Source: Elusimicrobiota bacterium
Lineage (GTDB): Bacteria; Elusimicrobiota; Elusimicrobia; F11
DNA length: 64,000 nucleotides
Direction: 5' to 3'
Assembly (NCBI GenBank): GCA_044221725.1
Contig: JBGAON010000001.1
Location: 608,001 to 672,000, forward strand
Shown in pieces: positions 37,730 to 46,670 of this stretch (positions within the stretch are counted from its first letter, which is position 1; each line of letters begins with the position of its first letter). Made by a program: the position numbers and the translations under genes. The notes beneath the pieces were generated by a model. That model did no database searches and was not told the DNA's origin. It saw only the letters and a program-made list of their open reading frames with translations.

Positions 37730-38997
37730 TGACACAAACGTTCCCTGTTCGTCGTCCCTACCCATGGAAGTGGCTTGTGCTGTTTGCTGCCATCGGAGCG
37801 CTTTTCGTTTACGGAATGTTTTTTTCTCCGCAGATTCCTCAGTTTGATTCGCGCGAACGATCGGCGTTGTTTGGCGGCCGGCAGACGTATTACTTGATTC
37901 ATATGCCGGCGGTGCCGAACGGCCAAGATTTTATGGTATCGAAGGCCGAAGCATGGCTCGTCGGCATGGCCACAAAAGGTTTTCATCCTTTGTTGCTGTC
38001 GGAAGTGCATCGTCGGTTGCAAGCAAACGAAGGGCTGCCGGGGAAAACGGTGGTGCTCATGTTTGATCCGGGAACCACCTACACATTTGAAGTCATGGCG
38101 CCGCTATTGGCGAAATACAAATACCCGGCTGTTTGGGTCACCAACGTGAATGCCATGAGCCGCCATGACCGGCAGTACGTGAGTTATCACGTGATGCACG
38201 CGATGGAAAAATCAGGAATTTGGGACGTTGCGCATTACGAGGGATCGCGGCTGGTGATCCATTCACCGAAGGCGAAAGACATCGTTATTGGTCAATCGAA
38301 AGGCACGTGGCGTGAGAATTCGGGTCGGCGCGCGCTTAACCGTGGCGTTCCGGAAGACCGTCTAAACCGGTTGCATGTGAATTGGAACTGGACCGAGCAG
38401 CAGATGGTGGACCGGCTACAAGCCGAAGAGCCGTTACAGATCAACGGTTTCTTAACACTAAAAAATATTTCCGGTCACAATTGGGGAATTATTATGCCGG
38501 TTACCTCGGCCGCGAACCCCGGGTTTAGTTTGAAGGCCCCGATGGAAGGTCGCACCGCGAATCTTAGCTGGCTGGGGACGCGTGGAATAAAAGACGCTCA
38601 GTTTCGGCTGAACGTGCAATCGTTGAGCGGCGAAATGTGGCTCATGATGCGTTCCGACGAAGAAGTCGGCGAGAGCGTCGGCGTTTGTTTCGGCAATGGC
38701 GTGCTCACGGTCGGTCAAGCGCGCGATCATCAGTTCCGGCCGATCGCGACCTATCCAATCGAATCGTTGCGGCAGCCCACCAGCTTTTTGGCGCGTATTT
38801 CTTTAAACGGGCCAAACCTTGTTGTCACTGTGAACGGCGTTCAAGCCGCTCGCCTAAATTCATTGACGCCACCGCAGTCCGACGAGGGGATTGTCCGTAT
38901 GCTGGTTTACGACAAAATCATGGGCGGCGCGCAAGTGGAGTCCGTGAAACTGGAGATGGAACGACAGGGAAATATTATTAGTGGAGAACGTCCATGA
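37726..38997 (+). CDS. Membrane-anchored degenerate CE4 deacetylase-like domain plus beta-sandwich domain
   Basis: N-terminal TM; LPGKTVVLMFDPG where TFDDG is expected; beta-rich C-terminus. Confidence 0.65.
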   Translation: MMTQTFPVRRPYPWKWLVLFAAIGALFVYGMFFSPQIPQFDSRERSALFGGRQTYYLIHMPAVPNGQDFMVSKAEAWLVGMATKGFHPLLLSEVHRRLQANEGLPGKTVVLMFDPGTTYTFEVMAPLLAKYKYPAVWVTNVNAMSRHDRQYVSYHVMHAMEKSGIWDVAHYEGSRLVIHSPKAKDIVIGQSKGTWRENSGRRALNRGVPEDRLNRLHVNWNWTEQQMVDRLQAEEPLQINGFLTLKNISGHNWGIIMPVTSAANPGFSLKAPMEGRTANLSWLGTRGIKDAQFRLNVQSLSGEMWLMMRSDEEVGESVGVCFGNGVLTVGQARDHQFRPIATYPIESLRQPTSFLARISLNGPNLVVTVNGVQAARLNSLTPPQSDEGIVRMLVYDKIMGGAQVESVKLEMERQGNIISGERP

Positions 38998-41900
38998 AAC
39001 GCAACAATCGTAGTTGTTTGTTTTCTGCCGCAGCGCTTTTTATCTTAATGGCCTCGCAGGTTCGCGCCGAAGATTTGGGCCTTTTGAGGTCCCAAGCGCT
39101 CGCGCGTTATCACGAGGGTCGGTACGAGGAGGCCGCGCAACTTTATCGGAAAATAATTGCTCTTCGACCCGGAGACGTTGAGATGTTGCGCAATCTCATG
39201 TGGGTTTTATGGAAAGACGAACGTTTCAATGACGCGAAGCGTATAGCAACGCAGCTCTTGGCAATTGATAAGAACGATGCCGAAGCCACAACCATTGTTC
39301 GCAAAGCACCGACATTGGCATTGCGCGCCGAAGCGAACGCGAATTTTCACGCGGGACGCTTTACGCAAGCGAACAAGCTTTACAAAGATTTGGCCGCGCT
39401 TGAGCCCGACAATCCGTCGGTGTTGCGGGATTATATGTGGTCGTTGTGGGAAACCGGAAATTACGATGAGGCTCGTGATACGGCGAAGAAAATTCTCACG
39501 TTGAATAAAAGCGACCAGGAAGCCAAAGACATGCTCACGAAAGCACCGCTTGCCTCGCTTCGGGCGCGTGCGATTCAAAGTTACAAGGCAAAGCGCTACC
39601 AAGATGCAATCGATGCGTATCAAAAACTTCTCGCGCACTCACCAAACAGCGCCAGCATTCTCAAGGATATCTACTGGTGCCAGTGGCAGCTCGGTCACTA
39701 CAAAGATGTAACGGACATCGCTACAAATCTCACAGAGCTTTATCCGAACGATCCGGAAGTGTGGAACCTGCTTGGGCGGGCGCACGTGGCGAACGACAAA
39801 TTGGAAGAGGGGCTTCGGGCCTACAACCGAAGCTTGGAGCTGAAACCGAGCCAGCCCGACACGCAGCGTGTGGTGGGTCGGCTGCACGTTGATTTGCGCG
39901 AATTCGATAATGCGATTGGCGTGTTGAGCGAACTTGAAGCCAAAGACCCCAGCATCCGCACAATCTATCCGCAGCTCGCAAAAGCGCAGTTTTTTAAAGG
40001 TTTTTACTCGGAATCCGCGAAGAACTGGGCCAAAGCGGCGCAGCTTTATCCGGAAAACGATAACTACAAACTGCACGAGGCGCGCGCTCTCTATTACAAC
40101 GGGCAAATCCCCGAGGCGATGACCAAGCTCGAAAAGCTGGCCAACGGCAACGGTCCCATGAAATGGATGGCCATTGATTTCATTGTGGACGATGCGTTGT
40201 CTCATCGCGACATCAAGACGGCGATCCGCATGCTTGAGACAAATCTCAAAGGCAATGTGGAGCCCGCGCAAGAATCACGGCTTTTAAAACTTGGGACGAT
40301 CTATCTTGATAATCACCAATCGCGCAAAGCGTTGCAGACGTTGAATCGGTTTTTGAAATTGAATCCCGGAAACATTCCGGGCTTGTTGATCAAAGCGGAT
40401 ACACTATACGACTTGGGTCACAATGGTGCGGCGGCCCGCATCTATAAGCAGGTTCAGAAGTTGAATCCTTACTCGATCAATGCGCAGGAAGGGTTGGCCA
40501 ACGCCGAGTTTGCGGCCGGAAATTTCCATAACGCGTTAACCGCGTTTGATAAAGCGTACGCGCTCGATCCGACCGATCCTTACTTGATGATTCTCGAAGC
40601 TCACTACATGAACGAAAGTGGTTTGTATAAGAAGGGCCGGAACGTTCTTTTGCGGTGGTTAAACGAAAATAAAAATCATCAAGTGGTGCCGGTGCTGTTG
40701 TATCACGGCCTCACGCCGTTCAATCGCGATCCCATGTTGGCTTACCCGGTTCACGTCCGAGTCTCCGTCTTTGAAGACCATATTCGCGCGCTGAAATCCG
40801 CTGGTTACACGCCGATCACATCCGAACAATTGGCAGCGTGGTACAAGAAAAAAGGCGATTTGCCGAAGAAACCCATCTTGCTCACGTTCGATGACGGCCG
40901 CTTGGACAGTTTCAAATATGCGGATCCGATCCTTCAAAAGTATGGATTCAAGGCCACGATGTTCGTGCCGATCGCGAACATTGAAGGACACATGCCGCCG
41001 TCCTATGTGTCGTGGAGTCAGATTCTTCAGTACCAGAAGTCGGGGCGATGGGAATTTCAATCGCACGCGGATATGGGACACGGCCGCATCGATATCGATG
41101 CGAAGGGTCGCCAGGGACTGTTTCTTGTGAACCGCCAGTGGTTGGAGAAAGAGAATCGTTTGGAGACCGTCAAAGAATGGGAAGAACGCGTGCTGAACGA
41201 TCACATCAATGCGAAGAAAAAAATTGCACAAATGCTTGGAAAAACACCGGTGGCTTACGCGTATCCGGAAGGAACTTACGGGCAGATCGATATTGTGAAT
41301 TCGCCCGAGGCGGTGCCGGTCAATATTGCGGCGATGAAAAAAGAATATCAACTCGCGTTTCATCAAGACCGGTTTGGGCTGAACGTTCGTACGCGCGATC
41401 CAATGTATCTTACGCGGCTTGAGCCAAATCCGGCATGGACGGGCGAGGAGCTGGTGCGTTATCTGCAAGACAAAAGTCCTTACGTGGTGATTCCACGGCA
41501 ACTGCTTTGGCTTGCCTTATGGAATGAAAAGCCGCGACAAGCGGATGGCTATTTGAAAGATTTGCGCAATGCCGGCGCCTCGCAAGTCGTATTGCTTGGG
41601 GAAGAAGGGCGTATTCGTTCGGCGTTGGGCGATGTTCCGGGGGCGCGCCAGTCCATTAACGCGGCGCGCGCGCACGGAGCGGACGCCGACAACGACAAGT
41701 TATTCGCTTCGATCGACGTGCAGGGCGGTCGGTTGTGGAGCCCCGCGTACACGTTTACGGAAGACAACCGACGCCGACGCAATTCAATCTTCGAGCAGAC
41801 ACTTCGCCCTTTCAAAGTATCGAAGTTCAATGTCGGCATCGACTATATGTACGGGTCTTACCGTGAAGTGGGTGTGTCCACGATCACGCAGAACGGCGCG

Positions 41901-42560
41901 GGCCTTAGTTTCTACACGAATCCCTCGTTGTTCCATACGTTGAGTGGAAGAGCCATGTGGCACTGGTTCCCAAAAAGTTTCGGTGTGACGGATACGTACA
42001 CGGCGTCTTTGGCTCTCGACTCCCGTTGGTCGGACTCGTTTGAAACGGAAGTTACCGGCGGGCGCGCGTTGTACGACACCGCTTCGGCCATCCAACACAA
42101 CGTGACGGAAGACTACGGAAATCTCTATCTCGCGTTTAAACCAGAACTGTGGAGAATATCGTTGAAAGCGTCGGGCGGGAATCTTTCCGACGACAATCAA
42201 CGTTACGGAGGGCAGGCCGGAATTTCACGCGACATAGCGTTCGGTTTCCGTGGCGTTTACCGTTACACGTACGACAATATGAAAGAAATCAGCCCGCTTT
42301 ATTACAGCCCGCAACAATTGCATCAGCATCAATTGGGTTTGCAATTTAAGCCGGCGTTCCGTGTGATCGAACCATCGCTCACGTACATGCCGGGTATCGG
42401 TAAGGAGCGGAACACAAACCAAACATTCGTGCAAGACATCGAAGCGGCGGTGCTCTTCCACATCGGTCGTCGCACGACACTAATGCCGTTCTACGGTCTC
42501 ACCAAAACTCCAACCTACACGCGCGACACGTACAACGTGCAGTTAACCATCCACTTTTAA
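38994..42560 (+). CDS. TPR - polysaccharide deacetylase - beta-barrel fusion (PgaA/PgaB-like exporter)
   Basis: Signal peptide, many TPRs, PVLLYH, LTFDDG, SHADMGH, YAYPEG; C-terminal amphipathic strands ending in Phe. Confidence 0.8.
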   Translation: MKRNNRSCLFSAAALFILMASQVRAEDLGLLRSQALARYHEGRYEEAAQLYRKIIALRPGDVEMLRNLMWVLWKDERFNDAKRIATQLLAIDKNDAEATTIVRKAPTLALRAEANANFHAGRFTQANKLYKDLAALEPDNPSVLRDYMWSLWETGNYDEARDTAKKILTLNKSDQEAKDMLTKAPLASLRARAIQSYKAKRYQDAIDAYQKLLAHSPNSASILKDIYWCQWQLGHYKDVTDIATNLTELYPNDPEVWNLLGRAHVANDKLEEGLRAYNRSLELKPSQPDTQRVVGRLHVDLREFDNAIGVLSELEAKDPSIRTIYPQLAKAQFFKGFYSESAKNWAKAAQLYPENDNYKLHEARALYYNGQIPEAMTKLEKLANGNGPMKWMAIDFIVDDALSHRDIKTAIRMLETNLKGNVEPAQESRLLKLGTIYLDNHQSRKALQTLNRFLKLNPGNIPGLLIKADTLYDLGHNGAAARIYKQVQKLNPYSINAQEGLANAEFAAGNFHNALTAFDKAYALDPTDPYLMILEAHYMNESGLYKKGRNVLLRWLNENKNHQVVPVLLYHGLTPFNRDPMLAYPVHVRVSVFEDHIRALKSAGYTPITSEQLAAWYKKKGDLPKKPILLTFDDGRLDSFKYADPILQKYGFKATMFVPIANIEGHMPPSYVSWSQILQYQKSGRWEFQSHADMGHGRIDIDAKGRQGLFLVNRQWLEKENRLETVKEWEERVLNDHINAKKKIAQMLGKTPVAYAYPEGTYGQIDIVNSPEAVPVNIAAMKKEYQLAFHQDRFGLNVRTRDPMYLTRLEPNPAWTGEELVRYLQDKSPYVVIPRQLLWLALWNEKPRQADGYLKDLRNAGASQVVLLGEEGRIRSALGDVPGARQSINAARAHGADADNDKLFASIDVQGGRLWSPAYTFTEDNRRRRNSIFEQTLRPFKVSKFNVGIDYMYGSYREVGVSTITQNGAGLSFYTNPSLFHTLSGRAMWHWFPKSFGVTDTYTASLALDSRWSDSFETEVTGGRALYDTASAIQHNVTEDYGNLYLAFKPELWRISLKASGGNLSDDNQRYGGQAGISRDIAFGFRGVYRYTYDNMKEISPLYYSPQQLHQHQLGLQFKPAFRVIEPSLTYMPGIGKERNTNQTFVQDIEAAVLFHIGRRTTLMPFYGLTKTPTYTRDTYNVQLTIHF

Positions 42561-42577
42561 AAGCTGCGACTGCGGTG

Positions 42578-42618
42578 CCCCTCACCTCATCCCTCTCCTC
42601 GCCACCGCGAGGAGAGGG
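42578..42618. repeat. Palindromic element copy after the polysaccharide operon
   Basis: CCCCTCACC...CCCTCTCCTCGC / GCGAGGAGAGGG, enclosed by AAAGCTGCG / CGCAGCTTT. Confidence 0.75.
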
Positions 42619-42696
42619 AACGCAGCTTTGTTGCATACATTTCTCATACCCATGGCTAAAGAAATCTTACATGGGAGTCAGAAATGGAGAAATATC

Positions 42697-43095
42697 ATGA
42701 AAAATCAAACAGTTTCGCTGTTCCTTTTAACCGTGGTGTTTTCAAATTTCAGTTTTGCCGATGTTCCCTACCCCGGTCCAGACAACCCGCCGCCCACGGC
42801 TCCGACCCCTGGTAGTGGATATCGGTCTCCCGAATCCTATTATCCAAAGGAGAATCCGTTTGAAGGTATCGGTCAGCGCGCCGGGGTGGGGACCAGTCCG
42901 TGCGACAGCCTCTGGGAACAGATCCGTCGTATTCAATCCGACTTAATTTATTTGCACGCTCAGCGAAATCACCTTCTTGCAAATGGGAGCAACGAAGGCG
43001 ACGACTGCATTCAGGGCATTGATAGGCAAATTGCCTCCGATACAACTCGGTTGGATGCACTTGAGGCGCAATTCACTGCGCTTAATTGCCAATAG
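42697..43095 (+). CDS. Small secreted hypothetical protein
   Basis: GGAG SD, signal peptide, Pro-rich linker, coiled-coil tail with three Cys. Confidence 0.6.
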   Translation: MKNQTVSLFLLTVVFSNFSFADVPYPGPDNPPPTAPTPGSGYRSPESYYPKENPFEGIGQRAGVGTSPCDSLWEQIRRIQSDLIYLHAQRNHLLANGSNEGDDCIQGIDRQIASDTTRLDALEAQFTALNCQ

Positions 43096-43117
43096 AGACT
43101 GAGCTCCGGCTTCCGGC

Positions 43118-44944
43118 TTATTCCACCGTCACGCTTTTTGCGAGGTTGCGGGGTTGGTCGACGTCGCAGCCGCGTAGCACCGCGATGTGGTACGCGAGCA
43201 TTTGCAACGGAATAATTGTCAGTAGTGGCGACAGAAATTCGTGGGTGCGCGGTACCGCGATCACGTGATCCGCTTTGTCGCTAACTTCGGTGTCTATTTC
43301 GTTCGTGATAGCGATCACGCGCCCACCGCGCGCTTTTACTTCCTGAATATTCGAAATCATTTTTTCTTTAATCGATGAATCGGTGGCGATGGCGACCACC
43401 GGCAAGCCTTCTTCGATAAGCGCAATCGGCCCGTGTTTCATTTCGCCGGCCGGATATCCTTCCGCATGGATGTACGAAATTTCCTTTAATTTCAAGGCCC
43501 CTTCCAACGCCACGGGATAATTCAAGTGGCGTCCCAAGAAAAGAAAATCTTTCGCGCGATAATATTCGCGCGCCACGTCCTCAACGATGCCGCTTTTGTC
43601 GAGAAATACTTGAAGCATGTGCGGTAGATAGTCCAGTTCTTTGAGAATCAATCGTTGCTGCGACAACGGAATCGTGTTTCGGCATTCGGCGATGTAAAGT
43701 GACAACAGAAGAAGCGCCGTCAATTGCCCGGTGAACGCTTTCGTGGAAGCCACGCCGATTTCGGGACCACAGTGCGTGTACAGCGTGTTGTCCGCGTCGC
43801 GCGTAACCGTTGAGCCGAGCACGTTGCAAACGGACAACGTCGGAAAACCTTTTCGTTTGCAGTCGCGCAGCGCCGCCAGCGTGTCGGCCGTTTCGCCGGA
43901 TTGCGAAATCGCCGTGATGAGGGTTCCTGGCTCCTTGCTGGCTTTCATGTAGCGAAATTCGCTGGCGATTTCGACGTCGCACGGTATCTTTGCTAACTCT
44001 TCCATCCAAAATCGCGCGACGAGCCCCGCGTGATAAGACGTTCCGCATCCAACCAAGCAAATTTTTGGAATTTCTTCGGCAAGTTTACGAGGGAGTGCTT
44101 CTTCGAGTTTTACCGACGCTTTGTTGAGATCAATCCGACCGCGAAATGTGTTTTGAATCGTCTCGGCCTGCTCGTGGATTTCTTTGAGCATAAAATGCTT
44201 GCGGCCATTTTTCTGGGCCATCTTCGCGTCCCACTTGATTTCTTTGACGGGGCGATTCACGAGGGTTCCTTTTCGGTCGTAAATTTGGAGGCGTTGCTGC
44301 CGAATTTCGGCCATATCGCCATCCTCGAGGAAAATAACGTTGCGCGTGTGATTGAGCAGCGCCGGCACGTCGGAAGCGATCATCATCTCTTTGTTGCCGA
44401 CGCCGATGACGAGAGGCGAATCTTTTCGTACCGCAATGAAGCGATCTCTTTCATCGGCCGAAACCACGCCCAACGCATACGAACCTTTTACGTTCTCAAG
44501 CGCCCTTTTGACAGCTTCAAGAATGTCGCCGTTGTAGAACTCTTCGATGATGTGCGCGAGAACCTCGGTGTCGGTTTGTGACTTGAAGATATGTCCTTTG
44601 CCCGTGAGATCGTGTTTCAAAACGTCATAGTTCTCGATGATGCCGTTATGAACAACGAAAATTTTGCTCTTGCAGCAGGAGTGGGGGTGAGCGTTTTCTT
44701 TGGTCGGGCGTCCATGGGTGGCCCAGCGCGTGTGACCAAGCCCCAACGACCCGTGCAGCGGGCGTTCTTTGATCAGGTTTTCGAGCGCGGCCAATTTTCC
44801 AATGCTTCTCACCAATTGGACTTCGCCACCATTCAAAATCGCCAAGCCGGCCGAATCGTATCCCCGGTATTCCAAACTTTTAAGCCCTTGAACGAGCACA
44901 TCCGACGCTTCTTTATCTCCAATATAACCCACAATTCCGCACAT
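43118..44944 (-). CDS. glmS: Glutamine--fructose-6-phosphate aminotransferase
   Basis: MCGIVG, EYRGYDSAG, HTRWATHG, SQSGETAD, PRNLAKSVTVE. Confidence 0.97.
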   Translation of the reverse strand: MCGIVGYIGDKEASDVLVQGLKSLEYRGYDSAGLAILNGGEVQLVRSIGKLAALENLIKERPLHGSLGLGHTRWATHGRPTKENAHPHSCCKSKIFVVHNGIIENYDVLKHDLTGKGHIFKSQTDTEVLAHIIEEFYNGDILEAVKRALENVKGSYALGVVSADERDRFIAVRKDSPLVIGVGNKEMMIASDVPALLNHTRNVIFLEDGDMAEIRQQRLQIYDRKGTLVNRPVKEIKWDAKMAQKNGRKHFMLKEIHEQAETIQNTFRGRIDLNKASVKLEEALPRKLAEEIPKICLVGCGTSYHAGLVARFWMEELAKIPCDVEIASEFRYMKASKEPGTLITAISQSGETADTLAALRDCKRKGFPTLSVCNVLGSTVTRDADNTLYTHCGPEIGVASTKAFTGQLTALLLLSLYIAECRNTIPLSQQRLILKELDYLPHMLQVFLDKSGIVEDVAREYYRAKDFLFLGRHLNYPVALEGALKLKEISYIHAEGYPAGEMKHGPIALIEEGLPVVAIATDSSIKEKMISNIQEVKARGGRVIAITNEIDTEVSDKADHVIAVPRTHEFLSPLLTIIPLQMLAYHIAVLRGCDVDQPRNLAKSVTVE

Positions 44945-44953
44945 AGACGTTCC

Positions 44954-44971
44954 TCCTTATATATATAAGGA
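44954..44971. promoter_or_regulatory. Perfect 18-bp palindrome overlapping the glmS RBS
   Basis: TCCTTATATATATAAGGA is its own reverse complement and includes part of AAGGAGG on the minus strand. Confidence 0.6.
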
Positions 44972-44974
44972 TTG

Positions 44975-45001
44975 GACAATCCAGCCCGCCGGGGGGTTAC
45001 A
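44975..45001 (-). promoter_or_regulatory. Putative ECF-type promoter TGTAAC-N17-TGTC
   Basis: Minus-strand read TGTAAC CCCCCGGCGGGCTGGAT TGTC. Confidence 0.4.
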
Positions 45002-45002
45002 T

Positions 45003-46670
45003 TTAGGCTAAGAGAGAGGACTTGTTTTCGGACGCTTCGATCGAGTCAAAAAATACGGTGTCCGGCGTTGTGTTGTCAGGTTTGTAAACGGGCAGGCGAA
45101 AACGAAATGTGGATCCTTTGCCGAGCTCAGAGTCCACCCAAATGCTGCCGTTATGACCTTCGACAATCTTTTTAACAATGGCGAGACCCATTCCGGTGCC
45201 CGGGTATTTGTGCCACGTGTGAAGGCGTTGGAAAATTCCAAAAATTCTCTCGAAGTGGCTTGGATCAATTCCGATGCCGTTGTCGCGGACCGAAAAACTC
45301 CATTCGTCTCCGTCCCGTTCGGCGTCGATGCGAATCTGCGGGGCGCATTCACTTCGAAACTTGATCGCGTTGCTGATTAAATTTTGAAACAACTGGCTCA
45401 TCGAAACGCGGCTCGCAAAAACTGTCGGAAGAGAGCCCACGGACACTTCGGCGTTCGCGGTCTTGATCTGCAATTCAAGATTGAGCAACGCGTTTTTTAC
45501 GGTTCGATTAAGATCGACCGGTTCAAACGCTTTTTCCTTCGTCACGATGCGCGAGTATCGAAGCAGATTGTCAATCAGTTCGCTCATGCGCGAGGCGGCT
45601 CCTTGAATGCGCGTGAGATATTCCCGTCCCTTATCTGAAATTCCGGTGCCTTCGGATTTGAGCAGGTCGCCAAAATTAAGAATTTTTCGCAGTGGTTCTT
45701 GAAGATCATGCGAGGCCGAAAACGCAAATTGCTCCAGTTCCTTGTTGGAGCGGAGCAATTCTTTCGCTTGTCGTTCCAGTTCTTCGGTCGCTTGTTTACG
45801 ACCATGAATATCGGTGCACGTCACAATCCAGCCGGCGGGCCGAAATTCCGAGTCTCTTTGCAGCACGCCCCGGATCAAATGCCAGCGTTCCGGTTCATCG
45901 TCTCTTCCGTTGCGAATGCGGCCTTCGCCCTCAAAATTTTCGTTTCGCTCTTGTGCTTTGTCCCATATCGACAAGATCAGTGCGAGATCGCTCGCGTTAA
46001 ACGCTTTTTGCCAGCCGTGCCCCATCGATTTATCGGATGCAAAGCCAGTGTATTCAAACCAAATGCGATTGAAGTAGTCGGCCGATCGGTTCACCCCGGT
46101 GCGCCAGACGATATGAGGAACGGAATTCGCCAAGTCTTGATATTGGCGCAGGTTCTTTAATTCCATTTCGGCCAACTGGCGGGATCGCTCGCGTTGTTCG
46201 GCCTCAACCAGCAATCGCGCCTGTCGTTTTATTTTTTTGTTTTTATCGTAGAGCTCGACGAGCACCGCTACTTTGGACTTTAGAATCAGCGGGTCGAACG
46301 GTTTGAAGATGTAATCAACGGCGCCGCAGTCGTAGCCACGATAAACATGCGCTTCTTCTTTGTTGATCGCCGTAATGAAAATAATCGACGTGTTTTTCGC
46401 ACTTTCGATTTCGTTTATGCAACGGGCCGTCTCAAAACCGTCCATGCCGGGCATCTGCACGTCGAGCAAAATCACGGCGAAGTCGCGTTCGGTGACCATC
46501 TTGATGGCCTCAATGCCCGAGGCCGCTTGATAGCACGTGTATCCGAGGCCATCGAGAACCGCCTCGAGCGTCAGTCGCCCTTCGGGGCGGTCGTCGACGA
46601 TGAGAATATCGATCTTGTCGTCTTCGTCCGCTTTCGCGGACATTATTGCTTCGACACTTTTGTTAACCAT
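45003..46670 (-). CDS. REC-PAS-histidine kinase
   Basis: ILIVDD...LLDVQMP receiver, PAS/PAC, SHDLQEPLR H-box, NLISNAIKF, GTGMGL. Confidence 0.92.
   Translation of the reverse strand: MVNKSVEAIMSAKADEDDKIDILIVDDRPEGRLTLEAVLDGLGYTCYQAASGIEAIKMVTERDFAVILLDVQMPGMDGFETARCINEIESAKNTSIIFITAINKEEAHVYRGYDCGAVDYIFKPFDPLILKSKVAVLVELYDKNKKIKRQARLLVEAEQRERSRQLAEMELKNLRQYQDLANSVPHIVWRTGVNRSADYFNRIWFEYTGFASDKSMGHGWQKAFNASDLALILSIWDKAQERNENFEGEGRIRNGRDDEPERWHLIRGVLQRDSEFRPAGWIVTCTDIHGRKQATEELERQAKELLRSNKELEQFAFSASHDLQEPLRKILNFGDLLKSEGTGISDKGREYLTRIQGAASRMSELIDNLLRYSRIVTKEKAFEPVDLNRTVKNALLNLELQIKTANAEVSVGSLPTVFASRVSMSQLFQNLISNAIKFRSECAPQIRIDAERDGDEWSFSVRDNGIGIDPSHFERIFGIFQRLHTWHKYPGTGMGLAIVKKIVEGHNGSIWVDSELGKGSTFRFRLPVYKPDNTTPDTVFFDSIEASENKSSLLA

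Noticed and set aside
44945..45002. glmS ribozyme
   Set aside because: The intergenic space is under 60 nt and shows no recognisable ribozyme core.
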